From the NCBI GenBank assembly GCA_963827515.1, contig CAWHBF010000022.1, forward strand, positions 1,857 to 65,856: a DNA stretch of 64,000 nt, in the 5' to 3' direction. This document shows, one piece after another, positions 53,596 through 64,000 of the stretch (within the stretch, counting starts at the first letter, position 1; each line of letters starts with the position of its first letter). This DNA is from an uncultured Acidobacteriota bacterium. GTDB taxonomy: Bacteria; Acidobacteriota; Vicinamibacteria; Vicinamibacterales; UBA2999. The notes beneath the pieces are model-generated. The model did not search any database. It was not told where the DNA came from and worked only from the letters and a program-made list of their open reading frames with translations. The translations under genes were made by a program, and so were the position numbers.

Positions 53596-54034
53596 CACGT
53601 CGATACGAGGTCATTGCCGGCACTGATGTTGTTGCTACAGAACCAACGTGGCCCACGGGCACCATGCGTTTTCGCCCGTGTACGATGCCTCTCGGACGGT
53701 GACGATCAAAGGCACGCTCACCGACTTCAAGCTGGTGAATCCGCATGCGACGATGACCGTCGATGTGGTCGACGAGACAGGAAAGCATGTCGTCTGGACG
53801 GTTGAGATGGCCGGCCTGCTGAGTCTGACCCGGCAAGGCTGGACGGAGAAATCAGTGTCCGTCGGCGAGCAACTGACCGTCACCGGGAATCCGACCCACA
53901 CTGGCTCTCCGAGAATCGCCTTCGATCGACTCGTCCTGGCAAACGGCACGGAGCTGTTGGATCCAGGGGAGAACAACCAGAGCACCATCGAAGAGCAGCG
54001 CCGAGAGCGCGCACGCCAGCGGCAGCAGAAATAG
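53592..54034 (+). CDS. DUF6152 family protein; signal region frameshifted
   Basis: HHAF...YD, NPH, W.VE, L.RQGW, LANG; ATGA overlap. Confidence 0.75.
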
Positions 54035-54053
54035 AGGACCGGCGCCGACGACT

Positions 54054-54122
54054 AGCCACAGAGGCACAGAGACACAGAGGATCACTTACTCAAGAGCTCT
54101 GTGCCTCTGCGTCTCTGTGGCT
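54054..54122. repeat. Inverted pair of CACAGAG tandem triplets (long hairpin, possible terminator)
   Basis: AGCCACAGAGGCACAGAGACACAGAG ...17 nt... CTCTGTGCCTCTGCGTCTCTGTGGCT. Confidence 0.88.
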
Positions 54123-54131
54123 CGTGCGTGT

Positions 54132-54230
54132 CTAGAGCGGTTTGCGTTTCGCCGTAGAGCGCACGCTTCAGCGTGCGCGTGTCCGCGGAGGCTAAGCCTC
54201 CGCTCTACGCCAAATCGCAAAGCGCTCTAG
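54132..54230. repeat. Complete ~100-bp element copy
   Basis: CTAG ends; the right end overlaps the actP stop. Confidence 0.95.
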
Positions 54231-55765
54231 CCTGACTCGACGCCGAGGTGGAGGCGACGTTCGGCGGCGTGGAACTTCTGCTCTTCGAGCGGAACCGGCT
54301 GCAGCAGTGACACGCCGACCGCCACGATGAACGACAACGGAATCGTCACGAGGCCTGGATTCCGGAGCGGAAACCAGGCGGCGCTGTTCCCGAGGATGTC
54401 CATCTGGATCGTTGGGGACAAGACGATCAGCGCCACCGTCGATGCGGTCCCGACGAGCATGCTCGCTTGTGCGCCCGCGGTCGTGAGCCGCGACCAGAAG
54501 ATCGACAGCACGAGTGCCGGGAAGTTCGCGCTCGCCGCGATCGCAAACGCCAGACCCACCATGTAGGCGACGTTCTGCCCCTTGAACGTGATTCCCAGCA
54601 GAATCGACAGCACCGCCAGGACGATCGTGGCGCCCCTGGCGACCACGAGCTGCTCGCGCTCGTCGGCGTGACCCCGCCGTATGACGTTGACCCACAGATC
54701 GTGTGACAGCGTCGCGGCCCCCGAGAGCGTGAGCCCTGCCACCACGGCGAGAATCGTCGCGAACGCCACGGCGGCGATGAACCCCAGAAGAGGCGTACCG
54801 CCCACTCCTTCGGCGAGGAGCGGCGCCGCCATGTTTCCACCGGCATCCAACGTCGTGATGGCCTCGCGCCCGATGATGACCATGGCGCCGAACCCGAGAA
54901 TGAAGGTCAGCAGATAGAAGAATCCGATGAACGCCGTGGCGTAACCGACCGATGTCCTCGCCGTCCGTGCATCGGGCACGGTGTAGAAGCGCATCAGAAT
55001 GTGCGGCAGCCCCGCCGTGCCGAGCATCAGCGCCAGTCCGAGGGACACGGCGTCGAGCGGATCGCTGACGAGCCGGCCCGGCGCCAACACGTTCGCACCG
55101 TACATGGACGCCGCCTCGGCGAAGAGCGCCAGCGGATTGAAACTGAAGCGCGCCAGCACGAGCAGCGCCAGGATCGACGCGCCGGCCAGCAGGAGCACGG
55201 CCTTCACGATCTGCACCCAGGTGGTCGCAATCATGCCGCCGAACAGCACATAGGCGAGCATCACCCCACCGACGATCACGACCGCCGCTTCGTAGGGAAT
55301 GCCGAAGAGAAGCCTGATGAGGTTCCCGGCGCCGACCATCTGCGCGATGAGGTAGAACGACACCACCGCCAGCGAGCCGACCGATGCCGCGATCCGGATC
55401 GGGACCTGACGAAGCCTGAAGGCCACGACGTCGGTGAACGTGTAACGGCCGAGATTCCGGAGCGGTTCCGCGATGAGAAACATCACGATGGGCCAGCCCA
55501 CGAGGAATCCCACCGAGTAGATCAGCCCGTCGAACCCCGAGAGCGCCACGAGGCCGGCGATGCCAAGAAAGCTGGCTGCGCTCATATAGTCACCCGCAAG
55601 CGCGAGGCCATTCTGGAGCGCCGTGACACTGCGTCCGGCCGAGTAGAACTGGTCGGCGGTGCGTGTCTTGCGCGACGCCCAGACAGTGATGCCGAGCGAC
55701 AGCACGATGAACACGAGAAACCAGCCGATCGTGATCGCGTTGGGCTCTCCGAGAGCCGAACTCAC
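54227..55765 (-). CDS. actP: Cation/acetate symporter ActP (SSS family)
   Basis: [40 protein letters not shown]. Confidence 0.92.
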   Translation of the reverse strand: MSSALGEPNAITIGWFLVFIVLSLGITVWASRKTRTADQFYSAGRSVTALQNGLALAGDYMSAASFLGIAGLVALSGFDGLIYSVGFLVGWPIVMFLIAEPLRNLGRYTFTDVVAFRLRQVPIRIAASVGSLAVVSFYLIAQMVGAGNLIRLLFGIPYEAAVVIVGGVMLAYVLFGGMIATTWVQIVKAVLLLAGASILALLVLARFSFNPLALFAEAASMYGANVLAPGRLVSDPLDAVSLGLALMLGTAGLPHILMRFYTVPDARTARTSVGYATAFIGFFYLLTFILGFGAMVIIGREAITTLDAGGNMAAPLLAEGVGGTPLLGFIAAVAFATILAVVAGLTLSGAATLSHDLWVNVIRRGHADEREQLVVARGATIVLAVLSILLGITFKGQNVAYMVGLAFAIAASANFPALVLSIFWSRLTTAGAQASMLVGTASTVALIVLSPTIQMDILGNSAAWFPLRNPGLVTIPLSFIVAVGVSLLQPVPLEEQKFHAAERRLHLGVESG

Positions 55766-56037
55766 CGCCGCATCCCCCGAATCGCCGCGTCGTAGTGCGT
55801 GTTCGCCCACCGCACGTAGATCCACATGAGGACCCAGGCGGACAGTATGACCAGCGCGCCCAGGAGCATCCCGAGGCTGAGTCCGTCCGCGACCTGCATG
55901 CCCAGCAGGGGCTTGTCGAACGCGACCAGGAGGATGAATCCGAAGTACACGACCATCATCGCGATCGTCAGCGCGATGGCCACGCGCCACCGCGCCGCGG
56001 CAAGGGCCTCCAAGGGCAGGTCTCGAGCATCAGGCAT
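55762..56037 (-). CDS. DUF485 (YjcH-like) membrane protein
   Basis: [18 protein letters not shown]; coupled to actP. Confidence 0.88.
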   Translation of the reverse strand: MPDARDLPLEALAAARWRVAIALTIAMMVVYFGFILLVAFDKPLLGMQVADGLSLGMLLGALVILSAWVLMWIYVRWANTHYDAAIRGMRR

Positions 56038-56063
56038 GAACGGGAAACTATATAGGAAAGTTC

Positions 56064-56091
56064 GGACCTCCGACCTTAAACTTTGAACTTG
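56064..56091. repeat. Short ACTTT-type heptamer array
   Basis: ggacctc cgacctt aaacttt gaacttg. Confidence 0.55.
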
Positions 56092-57192
56092 GTTTCGATT
56101 CTCCGCACCCCGTTCCACCTGTCGCTCTGCGCGCTGCTCGCCGTCGTGTCCTGCCGCCGTGAAGAGGCTCGCCCCGACACCGGTATCGAGGCTGAGGTCG
56201 TGGTCACACCCGTCGCTGCCGAGCCTGCGCAACGTGGACGTCTCAGAGGAGTCATCCGCACGACGGGCGTCGTGACACCTGCTGCGGGATCCGAGTTCAT
56301 CGCCTCGGCGTCGGAACCGGCCCGCATCCTCGAAATCCCGCACGCCGAGGGCGACCGTGTCGCCAGTGGAGATCTGCTCGTCCGCTTCGCGATGCCGTCG
56401 GCCGACGCCGAGGTATCGCGGCAGCGAGCCGAGATCGCACGCGCGCAGGCGCGAGTCGAGAACGCGCGGGTCACGCAGTCCCGATCGCGGGATCTCGCGG
56501 AGCGCGGGATCATCTCTCGACGGGAGATGGAGAACGCCGACAACGACGTGGCCGAGGCGCAAGCCGAGGTCTCACGAGCGGAATCCGCACGAGCCAGCGC
56601 GGAGGCGTCCCTGGCTCGCGCAATCATTCGCGCGCCGTTTGCCGGCATCATCGCGCAGCGGCTGCACAACCCCGGCGATCTCACGCAAGCGATTGCGACC
56701 GATCCGATCCTGCGTCTCGTCGATCCGGATCGACTCGAGATCACCGCCTCCGTCTCCGCCGCCGATGCTCCGCGCATCCTGCCGGGAGCGGCCGCCCGGA
56801 TCACATCGATACCGGGCGCCGAGCCGGTGCGGCTGACGGTTGCCTCCCGGCCTTCAGCAGGAGCCGGTGGCAACGATGCGGTCGTACGCCTCGGTTTTCT
56901 GGAACCGGCGACACTCGGCGTCGATTCGCGGGTCGAGATCGAAATCGACGGAGAGGAGCGGGTGGACGTGATCCTCGTCCGCGCGGATACGCTGGTCCCT
57001 CAGGGATCCGAGATGGCGGTGTTCGTGGCGACCAACAACACGGCGGAGCGCCGCATCGTCGCCACCGGCCTGCGGGACGCCGATCTCGTGGAGATCACAT
57101 CGGGCCTCAAGGCGGGCGAACTCGTCATCACCAGAGGTCAGGTGGGTCTCGCCGACGGCGCCGCAATCAGCGTCGATACGCTGGCGCGCTGA
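56083..57192 (+). CDS. RND-type efflux periplasmic adaptor (lipoprotein)
   Basis: VVSC lipobox, EGDRV..GD, IRAPFAG, VEITSGLKAGE. Confidence 0.85.
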   Translation: MNLVSILRTPFHLSLCALLAVVSCRREEARPDTGIEAEVVVTPVAAEPAQRGRLRGVIRTTGVVTPAAGSEFIASASEPARILEIPHAEGDRVASGDLLVRFAMPSADAEVSRQRAEIARAQARVENARVTQSRSRDLAERGIISRREMENADNDVAEAQAEVSRAESARASAEASLARAIIRAPFAGIIAQRLHNPGDLTQAIATDPILRLVDPDRLEITASVSAADAPRILPGAAARITSIPGAEPVRLTVASRPSAGAGGNDAVVRLGFLEPATLGVDSRVEIEIDGEERVDVILVRADTLVPQGSEMAVFVATNNTAERRIVATGLRDADLVEITSGLKAGELVITRGQVGLADGAAISVDTLAR

Positions 57193-57218
57193 CAGAACGA
57201 TCGCGCAGGCAGAATGCC

Positions 57219-57241
57219 GCGCACGCTAAAGCGTGCGCTCT
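57219..57241. repeat. Solo REP hairpin
   Basis: GCGCACGCTAAAGCGTGCGCTCT between convergent genes. Confidence 0.8.
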
Positions 57242-57261
57242 GAGCAGTGGTTCGCGGGCAT

Positions 57262-58236
57262 TCACGCAGGCTGGAGACTGACCAGAACGATCGCGAGTTG
57301 CGCCTGCAGATAGTCAACCACTCTCTCGAAGGGGTCGAAGCCGAACGCCGCGGCCACGGATGGGCGCAGGTTCGAGTTCGCGTTGATGTCGTAGAACACG
57401 CGACGCCCGTCTGGTGTCTCCAGGTACTCGATGCCACCAACGTCCAGCCTCGCGGCGCGCACGATGGCGGACGCCGTCTCGACGGCGTCCCGCGGCACAT
57501 CGGGATAGGGATAGAACTCCACGGGCGGCGCCGACGCCACGGGCACGTCCGGCACCGCACACGTCCCGTCACCGTCATCCGGGTTGCACACAGGTGACGG
57601 ACACAGGTTGAATCGACCGTGCGTCTTGACCCGCATGGCATAGAGGAGCCCGCCGCCCAGGAATTCCAGTCGCACGATGCCGACATCCGGGTCATGGGGC
57701 AGATATTCCTGCAGGAGAAACAGGTTGTCCGGCAGCCAGACGTTCGGGTCGGCTTCGAAGATGGCTTCCACTTCCTCGAGCGAGTTCACCACCTGTATCC
57801 GCGCGCCGCTGCCACCCTGGTCTGGCTTCAAGAGGGCCGGCCACGTGATGGTTCGCTCGTAGCTCCGCAACGCCCGTACGTCGTTGAACGTGATCGATCG
57901 CGGCGTGTCGATACCGAGCGTATGAAGGAGCGTGGCCTGAGCGCTCTTGCTCAGTTCGAGCGCGAACACGTCGGCGCCGTTCAGTACGCGCGCACCCCGG
58001 CGTTCGAGGGTCCGCATGTAGGCCAGAGCCAGCGGGACGGCCCGTGCGTGGCCGCGCACGTACGCACTCGGACTGGCCTGGTTGAAGTACAGCTTCGCGC
58101 GGGGTCCTTCGACGTTGTCGAACGCCGCCTGCTTCAGATCGAACGGTGCATAGGGGACGCCCCGACGACCGAGGGCATCGAAGAGCGGCTTCTGCCATTC
58201 GGGGTGTTCGTGGATCACGATCAGGTGCGGGTGCAT
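57262..58236 (-). CDS. ATP-grasp (RimK-like) ligase
   Basis: LKPDQGGSGA, LLQEY, GGIEY, YDINANSN. Confidence 0.82.
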   Translation of the reverse strand: MHPHLIVIHEHPEWQKPLFDALGRRGVPYAPFDLKQAAFDNVEGPRAKLYFNQASPSAYVRGHARAVPLALAYMRTLERRGARVLNGADVFALELSKSAQATLLHTLGIDTPRSITFNDVRALRSYERTITWPALLKPDQGGSGARIQVVNSLEEVEAIFEADPNVWLPDNLFLLQEYLPHDPDVGIVRLEFLGGGLLYAMRVKTHGRFNLCPSPVCNPDDGDGTCAVPDVPVASAPPVEFYPYPDVPRDAVETASAIVRAARLDVGGIEYLETPDGRRVFYDINANSNLRPSVAAAFGFDPFERVVDYLQAQLAIVLVSLQPA

Positions 58237-58397
58237 GAGAGGTCCACTGAATTTTATCGCCGCCAACGCGCCGCCGGTGTCCCAAATGGCACACCCCCGC
58301 AGCGTGGTATTCTCATGGAGCTTTCCTGAGCGCGCGAGGCGCGTCTGCCCCAGTCCCCCTCATCAAAGCACCGTGGGCCTCGTCTGGGAGGGAAATC

Positions 58398-59252
58398 GTG
58401 ATCACGACCTTCCGCGCTGTCGCACTCTCCGCGCTGATGGTGCTCGTCGCGGTTTCGCAGGCGACCGCCCAGCAAACACAGGACGAGAGGCCCGGCGAAT
58501 CGGCCGCCGGACAGGCATCGCAACTCGACGCCGCGCACAACCTCTTCTACAGCGGCCGCTACGAAGCCGCGGCTGCCCTCGCCCTCGAAATACGCACGCT
58601 CGAACCTGGCAACCTCGACGCGTCGGAGCTTCGCACGTCCGCGCTCCATTTTCAGATCCGTCGTGCCCTCGGAGAACCCAAGGATCGCGACAAGGCATGG
58701 AAGGCCTGCTCCGTGTGCCAGGAGCTGATGCCCGTCTTCCTCGCGGAGCTCGCAGTCGGGCAAACAGAAGCCCGAGCCAGACTGATGCGGAATCCACTCG
58801 ATGACGAGGCGCAGTTCTTTCTCGGAAAAATCGATCTGAACTACGTGTGGCTCCAGCTCGCCACCATCGGTCGGAAGACAGGATGGAAAGAGTATTGGGA
58901 GGCGCGCAGGTCGCTCGACGCGGTGCTCAAACGGCGTCCGGATCACATCCGTGCTCGTGTGGCCCGAGCCTGGATCGACTACATCGTCGATACGAAACTC
59001 CCCTTCGGTACCGCGTGGCTCGTCGGCGGCGGCGACAAGAAGCGAGGTCTCAGTGTCGTCCGCGAGGCCGCGGTGGCCGATGCCGAACGCTATGTTCAAG
59101 CTGAAGCGATGTTCGCCCTGTGGGACATGCAGGTACGCGAAAAGAACTTCCCCGAGGCGGTCGTCACGGCGCGAGCGCTGTCGGAAGACTTTCCAGACAA
59201 CGTCGACCTCGTCAAGTTCGTCGCCACGCACGATCGGCAAACGAGTCGATAG
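58398..59252 (+). CDS. Secreted TPR-like helical protein
   Basis: RBS GGAGG, signal peptide, TPR-like helices, FPDN. Confidence 0.7.
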   Translation: MITTFRAVALSALMVLVAVSQATAQQTQDERPGESAAGQASQLDAAHNLFYSGRYEAAAALALEIRTLEPGNLDASELRTSALHFQIRRALGEPKDRDKAWKACSVCQELMPVFLAELAVGQTEARARLMRNPLDDEAQFFLGKIDLNYVWLQLATIGRKTGWKEYWEARRSLDAVLKRRPDHIRARVARAWIDYIVDTKLPFGTAWLVGGGDKKRGLSVVREAAVADAERYVQAEAMFALWDMQVREKNFPEAVVTARALSEDFPDNVDLVKFVATHDRQTSR

Positions 59253-59332
59253 CACCTCGCGGCCAGCGTTTCGCCGGGGCTGGAGTCACAGCCGTCACTC
59301 GGCAGTCACGGCCCTCGCTTACAATGCCGCTC

Positions 59333-60970
59333 ATGCGCCGGCGCCTGCTTCTCCTTCTCGGCCTCGCGACCTGTCTGTCGGTGGCGCCAGCCACGAGTCA
59401 GACCGCGCCTCCGCAACCGAGGCTGGTCCTGGTCCTGTCCATCGATCAGATGCGATTCGACTACCTGACTCGCTTCGAACCTCTCTACACCGGCGGCCTG
59501 CGAACGTTGCTCGACCGAGGGGCCGTGTTCACCGACGCAAAGTACCGTCATTCCGCGAACGAGACCGGGCCCGGCCACTCCGTGATTCTCACCGGTCGGC
59601 ATCCCAGTCATTCCGGCATCGTCGCGAATGACTGGTTCGACGCGACGCTTGGCAGGGCCGTCAACGTCGTCGACGACCCCAGGCATCGACCCCTCGGCGG
59701 CGCCGGCCGCGCAGCGTCGCCAGCGCACCTGGGCGTCGATACCATCGGCGATCTCCTGAAGATCAAGAACCCACAGTCGCGTGTCGTCGGCGTATCGCTG
59801 AAGGACCGATCCGCGATTCTCATGGGCGGACGGCGGGCGGACGCGGCGTACTGGTACGAAACCAATGGAGGCAACTTCATCACCAGCACGTACTACATGG
59901 CCGCCACGCCGGGATGGCTGACCGACTGGAACGGCCGGCACATGGCCGACCGCTATGCAGGTCACACATGGAACCGCCTGCTGCCTGATGCCGAGGCGTA
60001 CGGCCGGTACGCAGGCCAGGACGCGATCGAGGGCGAATGGGATCGCAAGGACACTTCCTTCCCGCATGCCATCCGCGGGCGGCCGCCGGAGGTCAGGTTT
60101 TACGACGACTTGCGCCGTACGCCATTCGCGGACGAGCTCACGCTCGCGTTCGCGCTGGAGGCCATGCAGGCACACCACATCGGGGTGGACGAGGTCACCG
60201 ATCTCTTTGCCATCGGCTTCTCAGCGACGGATATCGTGGGCCATACCTACGGACCTGACAGTCACGAAACCATGGACCAGTTGCTGCGCCTGGACGCCGT
60301 ACTCGGTCGATTGTTCAAGGCGATCGACGCGAACGTCGGCATGGCGAACACGTTGATGGTCCTCACCTCGGACCATGGCTCGTTGCCGCTGGTCGAGAAC
60401 CTGCGCGTGAAGGGCATGGACGCTCGGCGAGCGAATCCGTCGGTTCTCCGGGGCGCCGTCGAACAGGCATTCGCGACACGGTTCCCTGGCGTGACGAACC
60501 TGATCCAGTATTTCTCCTCACCCGACTTCTTTCTGAACGAGAGGGCGATGCAGCGCAACAACCTTTCACGCAGGAGCGTGGAAGAGACGGCGAGTGCGGC
60601 GCTGCTGACGACGGGCCTGGTCGCACAGGTCTACACCCACGAAGACTTGAGACGGGCCGGGCCTTCGTCCGATCCGTATCTGCAGCTGTTCCAAAATTCC
60701 TTCTACGAACCGCGAAGCCCGCATCTGAACGTCCTGCTGAAGCCGTGGGTCTACGTCAGCACGCTTCCCGGGGGAACCGGCCACGGCACCGCATACGATC
60801 ATGACAGGCACGTGCCGATTGCCTTCATGGGTGCCCGAATCAGAGCCGGCAGATACGCCACGCCCGCCGGCCCTGAAGACATCGCGCCCACGCTGGCTAC
60901 GATGCTCGGACTGGACCTGCAGCCCGAAGAGGACGCGAGGATTCTGCTGGAAATGCTTCGAGCCAACTGA
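59333..60970 (+). CDS. Alkaline phosphatase family protein (PafA/PhoV type)
   Basis: SIDQMR, ETGPGH, SLKDR, D..GH, TSDHG, TGHG. Confidence 0.88.
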   Translation: MRRRLLLLLGLATCLSVAPATSQTAPPQPRLVLVLSIDQMRFDYLTRFEPLYTGGLRTLLDRGAVFTDAKYRHSANETGPGHSVILTGRHPSHSGIVANDWFDATLGRAVNVVDDPRHRPLGGAGRAASPAHLGVDTIGDLLKIKNPQSRVVGVSLKDRSAILMGGRRADAAYWYETNGGNFITSTYYMAATPGWLTDWNGRHMADRYAGHTWNRLLPDAEAYGRYAGQDAIEGEWDRKDTSFPHAIRGRPPEVRFYDDLRRTPFADELTLAFALEAMQAHHIGVDEVTDLFAIGFSATDIVGHTYGPDSHETMDQLLRLDAVLGRLFKAIDANVGMANTLMVLTSDHGSLPLVENLRVKGMDARRANPSVLRGAVEQAFATRFPGVTNLIQYFSSPDFFLNERAMQRNNLSRRSVEETASAALLTTGLVAQVYTHEDLRRAGPSSDPYLQLFQNSFYEPRSPHLNVLLKPWVYVSTLPGGTGHGTAYDHDRHVPIAFMGARIRAGRYATPAGPEDIAPTLATMLGLDLQPEEDARILLEMLRAN

Positions 60971-60997
60971 CCGCGTCAGTCGTCGCCTGACCAACCG

Positions 60998-61097
60998 CTA
61001 GATCGCTTTTCGATTCGGCGTAGAGCGGAGGCTTTAGCCTCCGCGGACACGCGCACGCTGAAGCATGCGCTCTACGTGCGAACAGCAAACCGCTCAG
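60998..61097. repeat. ~100-bp element copy
   Basis: Both hairpins present; the end overlaps the tcuB stop. Confidence 0.92.
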
Positions 61098-62192
61098 TGT
61101 CGTGATTCGGTCGCATACTTCAGGAGCGCGGCCGTGCGGTAGATGCCGTGCACGAACTTGCCGTACGGCAGCGTGAGAAACAACGCGAGCACGGCGCCGA
61201 GGTGGATCACGAGCAGCACGCCCATGGCCTCCTGAGCGCGCAGCGCAAGCAGCACGAGACCGGTCAGACTGGTCAACCACAAGAGGACGATGAAGGCCTC
61301 GTCCAGCCCTTTCTGATCGGCGTCGCCGAGATCTGGATCCCGCTGTCGCCGGACCGCGAGGAGGCCAGCCGGGCCAACCAGCAGACCCAGGCCGCCGACC
61401 GTCCCGAGCAGCACGGGCAGGCTCGTGTAAGCGTACGGTGCGTGCCATCCGAAGACGGTGTGGTAAATCGCGGCGACGGAGGTGGACGCGAAGCACAGCA
61501 TGAATCCGTACAGCGTGCAGTGGTGGAACCAGCGCCGCCACGGTCGACGCGTCTCCTCCGCCGTGGTGCAGTCGACGCCCGTGGTGTGGAGGTGACGCAG
61601 TGTGAGCGCGTCCACGAGCGCGCGTCGGAGATCCTGAGCGGTCGAGCGCGTCGCGCTGGACTGAACCTCGCGCCAGAACCCCCGGAGCCCCATACCCAAC
61701 GCGACGAGAACGAAGATACCCACGCCTCCGAAGAGCGACACCATCACGCCGTGGGGCACCACGACGTAGAAGTCGCCGGACGGCCGGCGGAGACCCTCGG
61801 GATTCATGGCCCAGGTCACGCCCAACATCAGCAACGTCAGCACCGCAACAAGTCCCAGGGCCGTGGCTACCCCGTGGTGTCTGAACGCCGCGCCAAGGGC
61901 TGGGGGCCAGCTATGGTCCTCGTACGAGCGCACACGGATCCGGGCGAGCGTCTGGGGCACGTTGATCCCGAATTCGTGCGGCGGGGCAAACTGACAGGCG
62001 TACAAGCACTCACCGCAGTTGTGGCAGAGGTTGGCGAGATAGGTCAGGTCCGCTTTTGCGAACAGGACCCGCTCTTCCATCGCCGGGAACACCGGGCAGT
62101 ACCTGCTCGCAGTACCGGCAGGCGTTGCACACGGTCATCACGTGTTCGCCCCGCGCGAACTCCGCGAGCGTCGCGCTGTCAGCGAGCCGCAT
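61094..62192 (-). CDS. tcuB: Tricarballylate utilisation 4Fe-4S protein TcuB, frameshift ~62100
   Basis: CNACRYCE..C, CHNCGECLYACQ, PPHEF, PYGKFVH. Confidence 0.9.
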
Positions 62193-63573
62193 GCCGCCCC
62201 GCTGCTTCCCCCGCCACGCGTCCGAAGACCGTGCCGATCGTCATCCCGATTCCTGCGACGTATCCTTTGCGCAGGACGTTGCCGGCCATGATCTCGCCGG
62301 CGGCGTAGACATTGCTCGCGGGCACGCCGCCCTTCATCACCACGCGTCCCGAGCCGTCCACTTTCAGTCCGAGGTACGTGAAGGTAATGCCGGGCCGCAG
62401 CGGATACCCCCAGAACGGTGGTGTATCGATCCGCTGGGCCCAGTGAGACTTGGGCGGCGTCAACCCTTCAGTCCGGCAGTCGTCCAGGATCGTGTGATTG
62501 AACGAGCCGGGTCGAACCGCATCGTTGAAGCCGGCGACGGTTGCCTCGAGACGCTCGGCTGGGAGGCCGAGACTCGCGGCGAGCTCGCGGATGGAACCGG
62601 CTGCGATCACCGGAAACACCGAGGGCATGAACGTCCCGACGGCTTTGGCATCGACGATGGAGTACGCGATCTGGTCGGGCTGCGCGGCGATCAGCCGTCC
62701 CCAAATCGCATAGCGCTTCGGCCAGGCGTCCTCACCCTCGTCATAGAAGCGTTCGGCGTGCTTGTTGACAACGATGCCAAAGGGCAACGAGTCGAGGCGC
62801 GTGACGATGCCGCCGTCGAATCGAGGGGCGCGGGCGTCCACGGCCACCGCATGACAGGCCCGCGGATCACCAACCGGTTCCGCGCCGGCATCGAGCATGA
62901 GTCGAAGGATGGTGCCGGTGTTGTACGGCGTGCCTCGGATGACGAAGTTGTCGGCGGCGTTCCCCCATGCCTCACGCAGCCATTCGATGTTGGCTTCGAA
63001 CCCTCCTGCCGCGAAGACGAAGGCTCGAGCACGCACCTGCGCGGTCTGGCCTCCGATGCGCACCGTCACCGACCGGCATCGATCGTCCGCGAAATCAAGG
63101 GCAGTCACGTCCGCGTCGTACGCGACGCGCACGCCCGCGCGCTGCGCGGCGGCGTAGTAGCTGTTCATCAGCGCTTTGCCGCCACCCAGGAAGAACAGGT
63201 TCGTGCGTGAGAGATGCAGCGTGCCGCGGAGCGACGACTGGAACCGGACGCCGAACTGCCGCATCCACTCCGGGCACCCTGCCGATCGTGCGATGAGCAG
63301 GCGCGACAGGTCGGCATCGCCCTGGTTCTCGGTCACCCGGTTGAGATCCGCGAGGAACTCGTCCTCCGGGTAGGACTCGGTCAGCAGATCGGTCGGCGCC
63401 GCGTGCGCACACCGGAAGTTGCGGGTGTGACGGCTGTTGCCGCCGCGAAGATGGCGAGGGGCGCGTTCGAGCACGAGCACGCTCGCGCCCGCCTGGCGCG
63501 CCGAGAGCGCTGCGCACAACCCGGCGTTGCCGCCGCCGATCACGATGACGTCGTGATCGTCCAGCGTTTCCAT
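62179..63573 (-). CDS. tcuA: FAD-dependent tricarballylate dehydrogenase TcuA
   Basis: GGGNAG, RGGNSRHTRN, FFLGGGKAL, DGGIVTRLD, PGITFTY. Confidence 0.92.
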   Translation of the reverse strand: METLDDHDVIVIGGGNAGLCAALSARQAGASVLVLERAPRHLRGGNSRHTRNFRCAHAAPTDLLTESYPEDEFLADLNRVTENQGDADLSRLLIARSAGCPEWMRQFGVRFQSSLRGTLHLSRTNLFFLGGGKALMNSYYAAAQRAGVRVAYDADVTALDFADDRCRSVTVRIGGQTAQVRARAFVFAAGGFEANIEWLREAWGNAADNFVIRGTPYNTGTILRLMLDAGAEPVGDPRACHAVAVDARAPRFDGGIVTRLDSLPFGIVVNKHAERFYDEGEDAWPKRYAIWGRLIAAQPDQIAYSIVDAKAVGTFMPSVFPVIAAGSIRELAASLGLPAERLEATVAGFNDAVRPGSFNHTILDDCRTEGLTPPKSHWAQRIDTPPFWGYPLRPGITFTYLGLKVDGSGRVVMKGGVPASNVYAAGEIMAGNVLRKGYVAGIGMTIGTVFGRVAGEAAGRHAAR

Positions 63574-64000
63574 AGCAGGGGTCCGAGCATGACAGCCGCG
63601 GCAGCCGTCAGAAGGGCGGCCGAGATCGGCCGCGTGAAGAAGACCGAGAGGTCGCCCTCGCTGATCGCCGCGGCACGTCGGAATTGCTGTTCCGAGAGCG
63701 GTCCAAGCACCAGTCCCAACACGGCCGGCACGAGCGGGAAGTCGTACACCCGCATGACACAGCCGACGACACCAACGCCGTACAAGATCACAAGGTCGAG
63801 CATCGAGCGATTCAGGCTGTATGCGCCAAGCGAAGCCAGTACGAGGATGCCTCCAAAGAGCAGCGGGCGTGGCACGAGCATCACGCGCGCCCACACGCCA
63901 ACGAGCGGCAGGTTGAGCACGAGCAGCATGACGTTGCCGATGTAGAGGCTGGCGATCAACGTCCAGACGAGATCCGGTCGCGACGCGAACAGCAGCGGCC
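63540..64000 (-). CDS. tctA: Tripartite tricarboxylate transporter permease TctA, 3' part only
   Basis: IASLYIGNVMLLVLNLP, LGLVLGP..E..FRRA, FFTRPIS. Confidence 0.88.
   Translation of the reverse strand, partial: PLLFASRPDLVWTLIASLYIGNVMLLVLNLPLVGVWARVMLVPRPLLFGGILVLASLGAYSLNRSMLDLVILYGVGVVGCVMRVYDFPLVPAVLGLVLGPLSEQQFRRAAAISEGDLSVFFTRPISAALLTAAAAVMLGPLLWKRWTITTSS

Noticed and set aside
58287-58301. sigma54 motif TGGCACACCCCCGCA upstream of the TPR-like gene
   Set aside because: GG-GC spacing is 9, not 10. It could be a homopolymer deletion but is unsupported as given.

Overview
High-GC bacterial chromosome segment, most likely Acidobacteriota (Vicinamibacteria-like). This is inferred from the Oar-type TonB receptor, paired DUF6152 modules and repeat style, not proven. 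It holds about 56 CDS: a YbhGFSR+OMF ABC exporter, a MASE1-PAS kinase with a lone receiver, asparaginase, DUF4136/2950/3300, a 1.4-kaa helical PEGA protein, a TonB receptor, an AttEFGH-like ABC system, ubiX, pheA, glgB, cyclophilin, actP, a PafA-type phosphatase and tcuAB-tctA. More than a dozen single-base frameshifts look like sequencing indels. No rRNA, tRNA, CRISPR, transposase or integrase was seen. The most unusual content is non-coding. (1) About 10 dispersed copies of a ~100-bp nested element: a TA-flanked inverted-repeat shell holding two different GTAG REP hairpins, sometimes with a further ~50-bp palindromic insert; copies often abut stop codons. (2) A four-helix-bundle gene with its own sigma54-type promoter, bracketed by inverted AAAGT heptamer arrays; related gene-less arrays occur at other gene junctions. 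(3) Six sigma54 -24/-12 motifs, some with IHF-like sites, mostly upstream of uncharacterised envelope proteins.
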